A stretch of 64,000 bases of DNA from Kiritimatiellota bacterium (GTDB taxonomy: Bacteria; Verrucomicrobiota; Kiritimatiellia; JAAZAB01): contig JAPLSY010000084.1 of assembly GCA_026398415.1 (NCBI GenBank), forward strand, positions 94,709-158,708, read 5' to 3'. The notes under the pieces are model-generated. The model was not told the origin of the DNA. It saw only the letters and a list, made by a program, of their open reading frames with translations, and searched no databases. Made by a program: the position numbers and the translations under genes. Of the stretch, positions 28,705 through 37,635 are shown one piece after another (position 1 is the first letter of the stretch; every line of letters starts with the position of its first letter).

Positions 28705-29829
28705 TCAGCGGATTTTCAGCAGGAGGACACCGATGAGCGCAAAAATGATGGAAATGATCCAGAACCGGATTGTCACTTGCGTTTCGCTCCAAGGCGCTTT
28801 CTTCAACTCGAAGTGATGATGAATCGGGGAACACACAAAAATACGACGGCGTTTCCATTTAAAGAAACCCACCTGCAGGATAACGCTTAAGGCTTCCAGT
28901 ACGAACACACCGCCGACGATAACCAGCGTCAGCTCCTGCTTGATCATCACAGCCACACAGCCAATGGCGCCGCCCAGCGCCAGACTGCCGGTATCACCCA
29001 TAAAAACAAGAGCCGGATGGCAGTTAAACCAGAGGAAGCCGAGGCAGGCGCCCAGCATGCATCCGCAGAAGACGGCCAACTCACCCGCTTCAGGCACATT
29101 AGGAACCTGCAGGTACGCCGCAAGCACGGCATGTCCGGCCACGTAAGCCATAAGCATGTATGCCAGCGTCACGGAACCGGCACAGCCGATGGCCAGTCCA
29201 TCCAGGCCGTCGGTCAGGTTAACGGCATTGCTGGCGCCGATCACGACCAGGGCCACAAACAGAAAAACGCATGCCAGGCACATTTCCGGAATCAACGGCG
29301 CTTTGAAAAAGGGCACCATCAACTGGCGCACATGATCGCGGGTGGCCGGCAGGACCAGCAGAACCCCTGTAAGGAGCACCACCCAGAGCGCCTGTAACAG
29401 CAGCTTGGTCCGGGCGCGCAATCCTTTCGAATCCCGCTTAACCGTCTTGATATAGTCGTCGGCAAACCCGATGGCGCCCATCGCGCACAAGGTCAGCAGG
29501 GCCAGCCAGAGAATGGCGCTGGTAAGCACGGCCCAGAGCAGGCAGGCGCCAACGATTGACAGGATAATAAGCAGGCCGCCCATGGTTGGGGTATTTTTTT
29601 TCTTTTCGCCGCGCAGGGTATCGAGTGCGGGCAGGTCTTCCTTATAGCGGTCACAGCCACAATAGTGGTCGCCGCCGCACAGGCGCGTCAGCCGGCGGAT
29701 GACCCAGGGTCCCAACACCAGGCTGATCAGGAACGCCGTGCCGGCGCCGGCCACAATCCGGACAGTAATGTATTGAAAAACGCGGAAATAGGAAATGTCG
29801 TCCGAAAGTAAATGGAGGTAATAAAGCAT
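28705..29829 (-). CDS. mraY: Phospho-N-acetylmuramoyl-pentapeptide transferase
   Basis: MraY signatures (KxxTPTMGG, DDxxD-like cytoplasmic loops, HHHFE, 10 TM). Confidence 0.85.
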   Translation of the reverse strand: MLYYLHLLSDDISYFRVFQYITVRIVAGAGTAFLISLVLGPWVIRRLTRLCGGDHYCGCDRYKEDLPALDTLRGEKKKNTPTMGGLLIILSIVGACLLWAVLTSAILWLALLTLCAMGAIGFADDYIKTVKRDSKGLRARTKLLLQALWVVLLTGVLLVLPATRDHVRQLMVPFFKAPLIPEMCLACVFLFVALVVIGASNAVNLTDGLDGLAIGCAGSVTLAYMLMAYVAGHAVLAAYLQVPNVPEAGELAVFCGCMLGACLGFLWFNCHPALVFMGDTGSLALGGAIGCVAVMIKQELTLVIVGGVFVLEALSVILQVGFFKWKRRRIFVCSPIHHHFELKKAPWSETQVTIRFWIISIIFALIGVLLLKIR

Positions 29830-30011
29830 AACTATCTTAATATTAAACCGTTATACGATTGACGGTCTTCATTCATTTGGTGTAAGAATGACTATTCGAA
29901 CACCCAATATCCAACAAGGAATGGCCAATTTCCAAATGAATGAGTCTGTATTCCGTTGGGTATTTGGGTGTTGAGTGTTGGTTATTGGATATTCAACTGC
30001 TCTTTTTTGAT

Positions 30012-31406
30012 TCAAAGCACCCGTTCCTTCCACAACGCCAGTACCTTTTCCAAATGCTGGCCGCGGGAGGCTTTCACCAACACGGCATCGCCGGACTGCA
30101 GGCAGCGGCCCAGGACTTCGGCCGCCGCGGCATGGTCGTCACAGGGAAACACGCGCGCCGCGCTCACGCCGGCGTTCACGGCTGCGCGGGCGATAACCGC
30201 CCCCAGCGAACCGACCGTTATAATACCAGTCCATGGTCCCGGCGCAAGCGACTTCCCTAAGTCCCGGTGCCACTGTTCTTCCGAAGGCCCCAATTCCAGC
30301 ATACCCGCCAGCACCAACCAGCGCCCTCCCGTAACCGGCAATTCCGCGAGCGGTAATTCCGCAAAGGTCCGCAAGGCGGCGACCATGCTCACGGGATTGG
30401 CGTTATAGGCATCATTAATAATAGTCACACCGGCCACGACCTGCCGTTCCCAGCGCATGGGCGGGGAACGATATTGCTCCAGCGCGGCCCGGATTTCCTC
30501 CCAGGCCAAACCATGCGCGCGGCCCACGGCCGCGGCAAACAGGGCATTGGCCGCGTGGTGCGCGCCCGGCAGGGGCGCCTGCAGGCGACAGATTTCGCCC
30601 GTCGCGCGTTCGCGGATTTCCATTTGGCCCTGCGCATCCGGAGGAAAACCTGTATAATCTGCCTTGCCGCTCAACGCCAGGGTAATGACCCGGTCCGGGG
30701 CGGCGGCGCGCAAAATTTCAAAATATGGTTCATCGCAACGCAGGACCGCCACACCCCCGGCAGGCAGGCTCTTGAGCAATGTGCTCTTCTCGGCGACAAT
30801 CGCCTCCACGGACTTAAAAAATTCCAGGTGCACCGGGCCAATGGTCGTTACCAGGCCCCAATCGGGCTGGAGCATGCGGCAGAGCGGCGCCAGTTCCCCC
30901 GGATGGTTCGTGCCAAGCTCGAAGACGCCGACACGGTCTTCCGTTTCCATCGCCAGCATGCTCAACGGCAAGCCTATCTCGTTGTTCCAGTTGCCCCGCG
31001 TGCGGGCAACCCTCAGGCGCTGCGCCAGGACATCGGCCACCATTTCTTTTACCGTGGTCTTACCGACACTGCCTGTGACGGCCACGATTGCAACCTGGTT
31101 CCGGCGGCGGTAATTAGCGGCCATATCCCGCAGAGCCTGCGCGGTATCCGGTACGCGCAACAAAGGATGGTCCTCACACAGCTTGACACCCGTATTTTCA
31201 CTGATCACGGCGCCGACCGCGCCCTGCGCAAAGGCCTCGCCGATAAAGCGGTGCCCATCGTATAATGGCCCGCGCAAAGCCACGAACAGGGCGCCACGGC
31301 CCAGCGTACGGCTATCGGTGGACACCCCCGCAATGGCGCCGGGCTGGCCAAAGCACCACTTTCCGCCGGTCCATTGCGCCACTTCCCGGGCATCGAAATT
31401 AGGCAT
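30012..31406 (-). CDS. murF: UDP-MurNAc-tripeptide--D-Ala-D-Ala ligase
   Basis: 'ALRGPLYDGHRFIGEAFAQGAVGAVI' and the Mur ligase 'GSVGKTT'. The start is trimmed to the Met that overlaps the murE stop by 8 nt. Confidence 0.85.
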   Translation of the reverse strand: MPNFDAREVAQWTGGKWCFGQPGAIAGVSTDSRTLGRGALFVALRGPLYDGHRFIGEAFAQGAVGAVISENTGVKLCEDHPLLRVPDTAQALRDMAANYRRRNQVAIVAVTGSVGKTTVKEMVADVLAQRLRVARTRGNWNNEIGLPLSMLAMETEDRVGVFELGTNHPGELAPLCRMLQPDWGLVTTIGPVHLEFFKSVEAIVAEKSTLLKSLPAGGVAVLRCDEPYFEILRAAAPDRVITLALSGKADYTGFPPDAQGQMEIRERATGEICRLQAPLPGAHHAANALFAAAVGRAHGLAWEEIRAALEQYRSPPMRWERQVVAGVTIINDAYNANPVSMVAALRTFAELPLAELPVTGGRWLVLAGMLELGPSEEQWHRDLGKSLAPGPWTGIITVGSLGAVIARAAVNAGVSAARVFPCDDHAAAAEVLGRCLQSGDAVLVKASRGQHLEKVLALWKERVL

Positions 31407-32874
31407 GACTGATTCCCAGACTTTCCCGCACGACCTGCCGGTCGTCAAAGGGGATAACGGTATTGGCAAACTCCTGGTAGTTTTCATGGCCCTTGCCGGC
31501 GATCAGCACCACATCGCCCGCCTCCGCCAGGGAAAGCGCGCGGACGATGGCCTCGTGGCGGTCCTCGACGACTTCCACGTTGTCGCTTTGCCTGCATCCC
31601 GCGCGGATCTGGGCAATGATCTCGATCGGGTTTTCCTTGCGGGGATTATCGGACGTCAGCAGAACATAATCGGCCAGGCGCGTGGCCACGGCGCCCATGA
31701 GCGGCCGCTTTTTACAATCGCGATTACCGCCGCATCCGAAAACCACGATGAGCTTGCCCGGCGTGATCGCGCGCAATGTGGACAGCACGTTATGCAAGGC
31801 ATCCTCCGTATGCGCATAATCCACGAACACCTGGAACCCGCCCGCAATTGAAATCTCCTCCAACCGACCGGGAACGGCCATCATCTGGGACACCACCCGG
31901 GCCGCGCGCGCCAGCGGCACACCGGCGACTCCCGCCGCGGCTAAGGCCGCCAGCGCGTTACTGACATTGTAATGGCCCAGGAGTTTCAGCTTGACCTGGG
32001 CTTCGCCCCAGGGACTATGCACGTCAAAGACACTGCCGGCGGATGTGATCTGCAGATTGACGGCGCGCACGGCGGCTTCCTGGCCGGTGGCATAAGTGAT
32101 CAGGTCAGCCTCGAGCGGCACGTCCTGGACCAACTCACGGCCGTAAGGATCATCCAGGTTGACCACCGCCACCGGTTTTTTCCGACACCGGTTCAAACTC
32201 CGGAATAACAACGTCTTGGCTTGAAAATAATTTTCCTTCGTCGCATGGTAATCGAGGTGATCGTGCGTCAGGTTGGTAAATACGGCAATATCGAAATCAA
32301 CACCCCCGACACGCTTCTGGATCAACGCGTGCGACGAGACCTCCATGACGGCACTCCGGCAACCGACATGCACCATCTGGGCCAGCATATCCTGCAGGTC
32401 AACGGATTCAGGGGTTGTACGGCTGGCCGGAATCGTGCGGTCGCCGATTTCGTAGGCCACCGTACCGATCAGACCAGTGCGGCGGCCGGCATCGGTAAAA
32501 ATATCCCGCAACATAAATGCCGTGGTGGTTTTGCCATTGGTGCCCGTGATGCCAACCACCTGCAGACTAGCCGAGGGGTTATTATAAAACGCGGCGGCAA
32601 GCTCCGCCATGGCAGCCCGCGGATCGCTGACACGGATAAAGATCGCGGAACCGTGGCTGACCGGGGCGGCCTGGTCCGAGACCACGGCTGCGGCCCCCCG
32701 CGTCAACGCATCCTGGACAAAATGGTTTCCATCCTGGTGTTGGCCAGGCAGGGCAAAGAACATAAACCCCGGTTTGATCTTGCGCGAGTCATACGCCAAA
32801 CCCTTGATATCCGGATCCCCTGACCCGCCGACCGCCAGCGGTTTGATGACTGTGAGCAGTGTGTTTAGTTTCAT
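31399..32874 (-). CDS. murE: UDP-MurNAc-L-Ala-D-Glu--2,6-diaminopimelate ligase
   Basis: 'GITGTNGKTTT' and the DAP-specificity motif 'DNPR'. Confidence 0.85.
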   Translation of the reverse strand: MKLNTLLTVIKPLAVGGSGDPDIKGLAYDSRKIKPGFMFFALPGQHQDGNHFVQDALTRGAAAVVSDQAAPVSHGSAIFIRVSDPRAAMAELAAAFYNNPSASLQVVGITGTNGKTTTAFMLRDIFTDAGRRTGLIGTVAYEIGDRTIPASRTTPESVDLQDMLAQMVHVGCRSAVMEVSSHALIQKRVGGVDFDIAVFTNLTHDHLDYHATKENYFQAKTLLFRSLNRCRKKPVAVVNLDDPYGRELVQDVPLEADLITYATGQEAAVRAVNLQITSAGSVFDVHSPWGEAQVKLKLLGHYNVSNALAALAAAGVAGVPLARAARVVSQMMAVPGRLEEISIAGGFQVFVDYAHTEDALHNVLSTLRAITPGKLIVVFGCGGNRDCKKRPLMGAVATRLADYVLLTSDNPRKENPIEIIAQIRAGCRQSDNVEVVEDRHEAIVRALSLAEAGDVVLIAGKGHENYQEFANTVIPFDDRQVVRESLGISHA

Positions 32875-32899
32875 GATGGTCGCGCTTTTTCTCCGTTCT

Positions 32900-33062
32900 G
32901 AAGGCCCCGAAGCGGGGCAAATTTGCCGTTCTCTCGAACGGCCTCTACAACGATCTGCCTGCCCGAGCTCGGCCAGGGGTGTAGCCGCGGTTCGTTAGAA
33001 CCGCTATGTTTTAAAATTCCTTAGCATTAAATCGGGCCCCGATCCGGATCGGGGCCACCTCA
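32900..33062. other. Structured 200-bp ftsI-murE spacer with three GC-rich hairpins
   Basis: Three hairpins are visible: GCCCCGAAGCGGGGC (~32906), GCGGTTCGTTAGAACCGC (~32985) and GGGCCCCGATCCGGATCGGGGCC (~33039). They lie between genes that are normally overlapping or adjacent. Confidence 0.45.
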
Positions 33063-33077
33063 ATTCACAACTTACAA

Positions 33078-34868
33078 TCAAATTCCAAGGTTCGCATCCG
33101 GCCCGGGCCGACCGGCCACGGCGGCATCGCCCTGGGGTGGACACCTCCACTGGGGCGCAATATCCAGGTACCGCACGGATTGTTCGGCAATTTCCTTGAA
33201 CACCGGCCCGGCCACGTACCCGCCGGTGCGCACATCGTTGCTGGGTTCATCCAAGACCACGATGATCGCGAGCTGAGGATCCTCGGCCGGAATAAATCCC
33301 ATGAAGGAGGACATGTTCAGCGTATCGGAATAGCCACCCGGGATGGCCTTCTGGGCGGTGCCGGTTTTGCCGCCTACGTTATAGCCTTCGACCCGGGCAC
33401 GGGTGCCCGTGCCGCCTTCTTCGGTGACACGGACCAGCAGACTTTTCATGAGCCGAGCCGTATCCGGGCGGATGGGCTGGCTGACGGCTACCGGCACCGA
33501 CTGATATAGCACACGCCCATCCGTGTCCGTAACCTGTTGGATAATGTACGGCTTCATACGCACCCCATCGTTGGCAATGGCACAGAGCACCCCCAGCATT
33601 TGCAAAGCGGTAACCGCCACTTCATGGCCGATGGCAATCCGCGTCGTCGAAATGGCGGTCCATTTCGAGACGGGATACAGCAAGCCGGTCTCCTCGCCCG
33701 GCAATTCGATGCCGGTGCATTCGCCAATGCCAAATTGCTTTAAGTAGGCATATAGGCGCGCATTGCCCAGGAGCACGGCGATTTTGGCCGCGCCGATATT
33801 GCTGGATTTTTTGATGATATCGGCCACTGAAAGATTGCCATAGGGATGGAAATCGTGTAAGGGACGCCGCTGGTAAAACCAGGTGCCGTTTTCACAATCG
33901 AATATCTGGGCGGGCGTCACCAGTTTTTCATTCAGGGCAGCCGCCACGACGGTGACCTTGAACGTGGACCCCGGCTCGTAATTGTTGGCAATACAGCGAT
34001 TGCGCATGGCATCCGGCGCCGTCGCCCGAAACGCACGCGGATCGAAAGTTGGGATATTGGCCATCGCCAGGATTTCGCCCGTGCGCACGCGCTCGACGAT
34101 CGCCCAGGCCGCCGTAGCCCGCTGTTCGCGCACGGCAGTTTCCAACGCGCGCTCGACGATATACTGCACATACTGATCGATCGTCAGCGTGACATTGGCG
34201 CCGGGGCACGACTTTATTTCCAGCAGGCGGCGGTCGTACAGTTCGCGGCGGTGGCCGTCCCGCTCACTGACCAGCAACCCCGGCACACCCCGCAGATAAC
34301 GGTCCCAGCGCTGTTCGATCCCGGCGCAGCCGTTACGCTCCGGTTCCAAGTTGACGTACCCGAGCACATGACACAGGCTGGCGCCGCGCGGATACGAGCG
34401 CATCATGATGTCCTGCAGGAACACGCCGGGCAATTTCGCGCGCAACAGGGCCTCGGCCTGATCGTCCTCAAGCACATGGCCGAACCCGGCGACATAGATA
34501 AACTGCCGCTCCGGCCGGTTAATCCGGTCCATGAGCACACGCGGCTCCACATTCAGGATCCGGCCGATGGTTTCGGCCACGGTCTGGACATTGCGGTTGC
34601 TGGCAATTTCGGCAGGACTGGCGCATAATTCTTTTTTTACCAGATCCAGGGCCAGCACGTTACCGTTACGATCCAGGATTTTTCCGCGACCCACCGCCAG
34701 CCTTTCCCGGAACTGACGCATGGCAGTGATCCGGGTGCCGCGATCCACACCGGGACCAAGGTGAAAATGCAGATAGACCAAGCGGGTGCTGACGCCGGCC
34801 AACGCCAGCATCATAAGTATAGCCAAACCGATCAGGCGGTTCCTATATCTCCGTTCAATCATTCGCAA
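33078..34868 (-). CDS. ftsI: Peptidoglycan D,D-transpeptidase FtsI (class B PBP)
   Basis: N-terminal TM and dimerisation domain. Transpeptidase motifs STFK (GSTFKVT), SSN (SSNIG) and KTGT (GKTGTAQ). Confidence 0.85.
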   Translation of the reverse strand: MRMIERRYRNRLIGLAILMMLALAGVSTRLVYLHFHLGPGVDRGTRITAMRQFRERLAVGRGKILDRNGNVLALDLVKKELCASPAEIASNRNVQTVAETIGRILNVEPRVLMDRINRPERQFIYVAGFGHVLEDDQAEALLRAKLPGVFLQDIMMRSYPRGASLCHVLGYVNLEPERNGCAGIEQRWDRYLRGVPGLLVSERDGHRRELYDRRLLEIKSCPGANVTLTIDQYVQYIVERALETAVREQRATAAWAIVERVRTGEILAMANIPTFDPRAFRATAPDAMRNRCIANNYEPGSTFKVTVVAAALNEKLVTPAQIFDCENGTWFYQRRPLHDFHPYGNLSVADIIKKSSNIGAAKIAVLLGNARLYAYLKQFGIGECTGIELPGEETGLLYPVSKWTAISTTRIAIGHEVAVTALQMLGVLCAIANDGVRMKPYIIQQVTDTDGRVLYQSVPVAVSQPIRPDTARLMKSLLVRVTEEGGTGTRARVEGYNVGGKTGTAQKAIPGGYSDTLNMSSFMGFIPAEDPQLAIIVVLDEPSNDVRTGGYVAGPVFKEIAEQSVRYLDIAPQWRCPPQGDAAVAGRPGPDANLGI

Positions 34869-35256
34869 CGGACCTTAGAGGCTGCGAAAGCTGGGCCATC
34901 TGCCGGCTGTAGGGGGGCACATTTTCGGCGGCCAGTTCCGGTTCCTGCAGGCGGACCAGACGGCCTTCTTCCGGCCAAATCATGGCGACACGGTTCTGGG
35001 CAAGCGCCTTTTCGATATTGGACGGCGACTTCAGGGTTTCCCATTTCCACAATTCGTAATCATACCGTTTCTGGATTTCCGCGCGCTGTTGTTCCGAAAA
35101 TTTAATCCGGCTACCCAGGGCCTGGCCGCGCGCATCGAGCCAGACGTACATGAGCATCAGGACCACAACGCCCATCAGTACCGCCGCCCAGGGTAATGCA
35201 ATTACAAAGCCTTCGGTTCTTTTGCGCCGGTTATGCTTGGCCATGATTGAAGTCAA
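34855..35256 (-). CDS. ftsL: Cell division protein FtsL-like (septum formation initiator family)
   Basis: 133 aa with a single TM (FVIALPWAAVLMGVVVLMLMYVW) and a periplasmic coiled-coil. It lies between rsmH and ftsI. Confidence 0.55.
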   Translation of the reverse strand: MTSIMAKHNRRKRTEGFVIALPWAAVLMGVVVLMLMYVWLDARGQALGSRIKFSEQQRAEIQKRYDYELWKWETLKSPSNIEKALAQNRVAMIWPEEGRLVRLQEPELAAENVPPYSRQMAQLSQPLRSVAND

Positions 35257-36172
35257 TCCTTTCGATTACACGCAGTTTGGCTGATCGCGATCTCGGGTTC
35301 CGTAAAATTTCTTCAGCGGAAGCCGTTAACGGCTTCCGCGTAAGCCAGCGCACAAGCGGCTGGGTTCCTTCCCAGCGTTCGCCCCCGGCCGGCAGGGACA
35401 TCCACCGGCCAATGTGCTCCTTCCCTATCCGTTTGACACAGCCGTCTTCCAGGCTGTGATAGCTCAGAACCGCCAGACGGCCCCCCGGTTTCAGCAAGTC
35501 GATGGCCGCCTCCAACCCCCCGGTCAGCGATTCCAACTCGCGGTTAACCGCCATTCGCAACGCCTGGAACGTGCGCGTGGCCGGATGAATCCGCCCATGC
35601 CGCGCCCCCAGTACGCGAACCACCAGGTCCGCAAGGCGCCCGGTGGTCTGGATCGCCCCCTGCCGACGTTCCCGCACAATTGCCCGTGCAATACGGCGCG
35701 CGGACGGCTCATCGCCCAGGGAACGAACGATCCCGGCCAAGGTCTCCTCGTCCAGCGAAGCAACCAAATGGGCGGCCGTTGTCGGCTGGCTCAGGTCCAT
35801 GCGCATGTCCAAGGGCCCGTCCTGCATAAAGCTGAAACCACGTCCGGCCTGGTCCACCTGCATAGACGACATACCCAAATCGAGGAGCACACCGTCCACC
35901 GTCTGAAGACCATGCCGTTCGGCCAGAGATTTCAGATCGGCAAAATTCCCATGTTCAAAGCGACACTGTGCCGACCAGGCCGCCAAAGTTTCATGCGCCG
36001 TCGCGATGGCGCTTGCATCGCGATCCAGCGCCAGCAAAAAGCCGCGCGTACCTAAGCGTTCCAGAATCGCGCGAGCATGCCCCCCACCCCCCACGGTACC
36101 ATCCACGTACGTGCCATCCGGCCGAATCGCCAGCAAGGCCAGGATTTCCTGCACCATGACCGGCGTATGCAT
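35231..36172 (-). CDS. rsmH: 16S rRNA (cytosine1402-N4)-methyltransferase RsmH (MraW)
   Basis: 'HTPVMVQE...YVDGTVGGGGHA' SAM-binding motif and 'LLDLGMSSMQVD'. The start is trimmed to the Met preceding HTPVM. Confidence 0.85.
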   Translation of the reverse strand: MHTPVMVQEILALLAIRPDGTYVDGTVGGGGHARAILERLGTRGFLLALDRDASAIATAHETLAAWSAQCRFEHGNFADLKSLAERHGLQTVDGVLLDLGMSSMQVDQAGRGFSFMQDGPLDMRMDLSQPTTAAHLVASLDEETLAGIVRSLGDEPSARRIARAIVRERRQGAIQTTGRLADLVVRVLGARHGRIHPATRTFQALRMAVNRELESLTGGLEAAIDLLKPGGRLAVLSYHSLEDGCVKRIGKEHIGRWMSLPAGGERWEGTQPLVRWLTRKPLTASAEEILRNPRSRSAKLRVIERIDFNHGQA

Positions 36173-36252
36173 GCGCGCCCTTTCTCCAGGCACCGGCCCG
36201 GCCCGCCGTCGTCCGGCATTAGCCGGGCTATGGCGGGCAGGCCGAAGCATCC

Positions 36253-36447
36253 TCAACGCAACGCAGCCATCGCCGGCATCGCGAGACGCATTTTGACTTT
36301 CATGACCTCAACATCGTAACAGGCCGAACAAAAGCCATGCGAATACACGATCTTCGTCTCGCTGGCTTGAAACGTGTATTGCCAGCCCTGGTCCGTCTTT
36401 TCACGACCGCAAACGCAACATTTCATGATGACTTTGTTACCGTTCAT
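36253..36447 (-). CDS. Small zinc-ribbon protein (64 aa, CxCxxC...CxxC), hypothetical
   Basis: A strong SD (AAGGAGG, 10 nt upstream of the ATG). Cys pairs 'KCCVCG' and 'FCSACY'. GC ~50% is below the genome average. It is inserted between mraZ and rsmH. Confidence 0.4.
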   Translation of the reverse strand: MNGNKVIMKCCVCGREKTDQGWQYTFQASETKIVYSHGFCSACYDVEVMKVKMRLAMPAMAALR

Positions 36448-36843
36448 GACGCGCCAGCCTCCTTTGCCGGGAAGCCATTAAAACCAAAGCATAGCTACAT
36501 AAGTAACGAAAATAATTTGCTGTTTGAAATCAGCGAAACCATCCGGCTGGCTGCGGAAGGCGCCGTTTCCTGCCGGCTCCGCGGTTCCAGACGCAGCCGA
36601 CGCGAATCACCCAAGGGCAGGATCTGCATGGTGTCTCCGCATGCCGCAGGACAGGCGTTCACCACCAGGGCGTGGTTGCCAAAACGCAGCGAACGCGCGG
36701 CCAGACCGGTTGCCGGCAACTGAAACCATTTGTCCGTGCGGCTGGCCCGCAGGGCGCCATTCACTGCCAGAAAACCTGTCATGCTCATAATCGTTCGCTC
36801 CATTTGTTGCGCGGGCCGGCGATCCGGCCGCCGTTATATTATT

Positions 36844-37329
36844 TTAGAAATCCAAATATCGTACAGCTTCGTCCATGGTCGTCGCATCGATGGATTCGGT
36901 AGACTGCTTCCATAATTCCGGATCCCACAATTCGAACCGGTCCCAGGCGCCCACGAGTTTCACCTGGTCGGCAATTCTGGCGCAGGCCAGCAATTCGTCC
37001 TTAATGCGGATGCGGCCCTGGGAATCCCAGGCCACCAAGTCGGAACTGGAGGCCAAAATGCGCGCAAAGAGCCGCGCCTTTTTATCGCCAATACCGATCT
37101 TGCGGAATTTATCCAAGCGCTTCGCCATTTCACGGGCCGGATAAACGTAGAGGCATTTTTCGTTGTTGAGCCCGGGCAGGACATAGAGGCTTTTTGGGGC
37201 GCCCACTTCCGCGCGCCAGATGGCGGGTATGGTGAGGCGTTTTTTGGGATCCAGCGCATGCAGGAAACTGCTGGCAAATCCCCCACTGCCCAGCACCGGT
37301 TCCGGTCGTTCTATGGCATGCTGTTCCAC
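36844..37329 (-). CDS. mraZ: Transcriptional regulator MraZ
   Basis: Duplicated MraZ/SpoVT-AbrB-like halves with DxxxR motifs (LDPKKRLTIP; WDSQGRIRI). SD AAGGGGGAT precedes the start. Confidence 0.85.
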   Translation of the reverse strand: MEQHAIERPEPVLGSGGFASSFLHALDPKKRLTIPAIWRAEVGAPKSLYVLPGLNNEKCLYVYPAREMAKRLDKFRKIGIGDKKARLFARILASSSDLVAWDSQGRIRIKDELLACARIADQVKLVGAWDRFELWDPELWKQSTESIDATTMDEAVRYLDF

Positions 37330-37342
37330 TTATCCCCCTTTG

Positions 37343-37400
37343 TTTGACACTATTTGACACTTTAACCCACCAATTGTCAACAATTATTTTCAATTATTTT
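37343..37400. promoter_or_regulatory. 10-bp-phased direct repeats upstream of mraZ (TTTGACAC x2, then CAATTGTCAA, CAATTATTTT x2) overlapping a TTGACA -35-like hexamer; candidate MraZ operator and P-mra
   Basis: Direct reading. MraZ operators are known to be short direct repeats with helical-turn phasing immediately upstream of mraZ. Confidence 0.4.
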
Positions 37401-37635
37401 TCAGGGTAAATGCAGGCCGACCCAAAGCCCAAAAGGGGTTCACGGCCGAATGCCGGCAGTTTGTTTCTCTGGGTTATCATCAACAGGCTGATAACCGCCT
37501 GTTAATAACATGTCAAAAGACGGCAACAACCCGGATTGACAATAACAAGGGAGCATAATATGCTTCGACCAGCAACCATCGCATCGGGGAGCACTCTTCC
37601 GGGGGATTCATTCGAACGACAGAAGGGAGTGTTAA

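Noticed and set aside
36495-36803. 102-aa minus-strand ORF between mraZ and the zinc-ribbon gene
   Set aside because: No SD, no motifs, and a competing ORF on the + strand. Left uncalled. The region may be noncoding.
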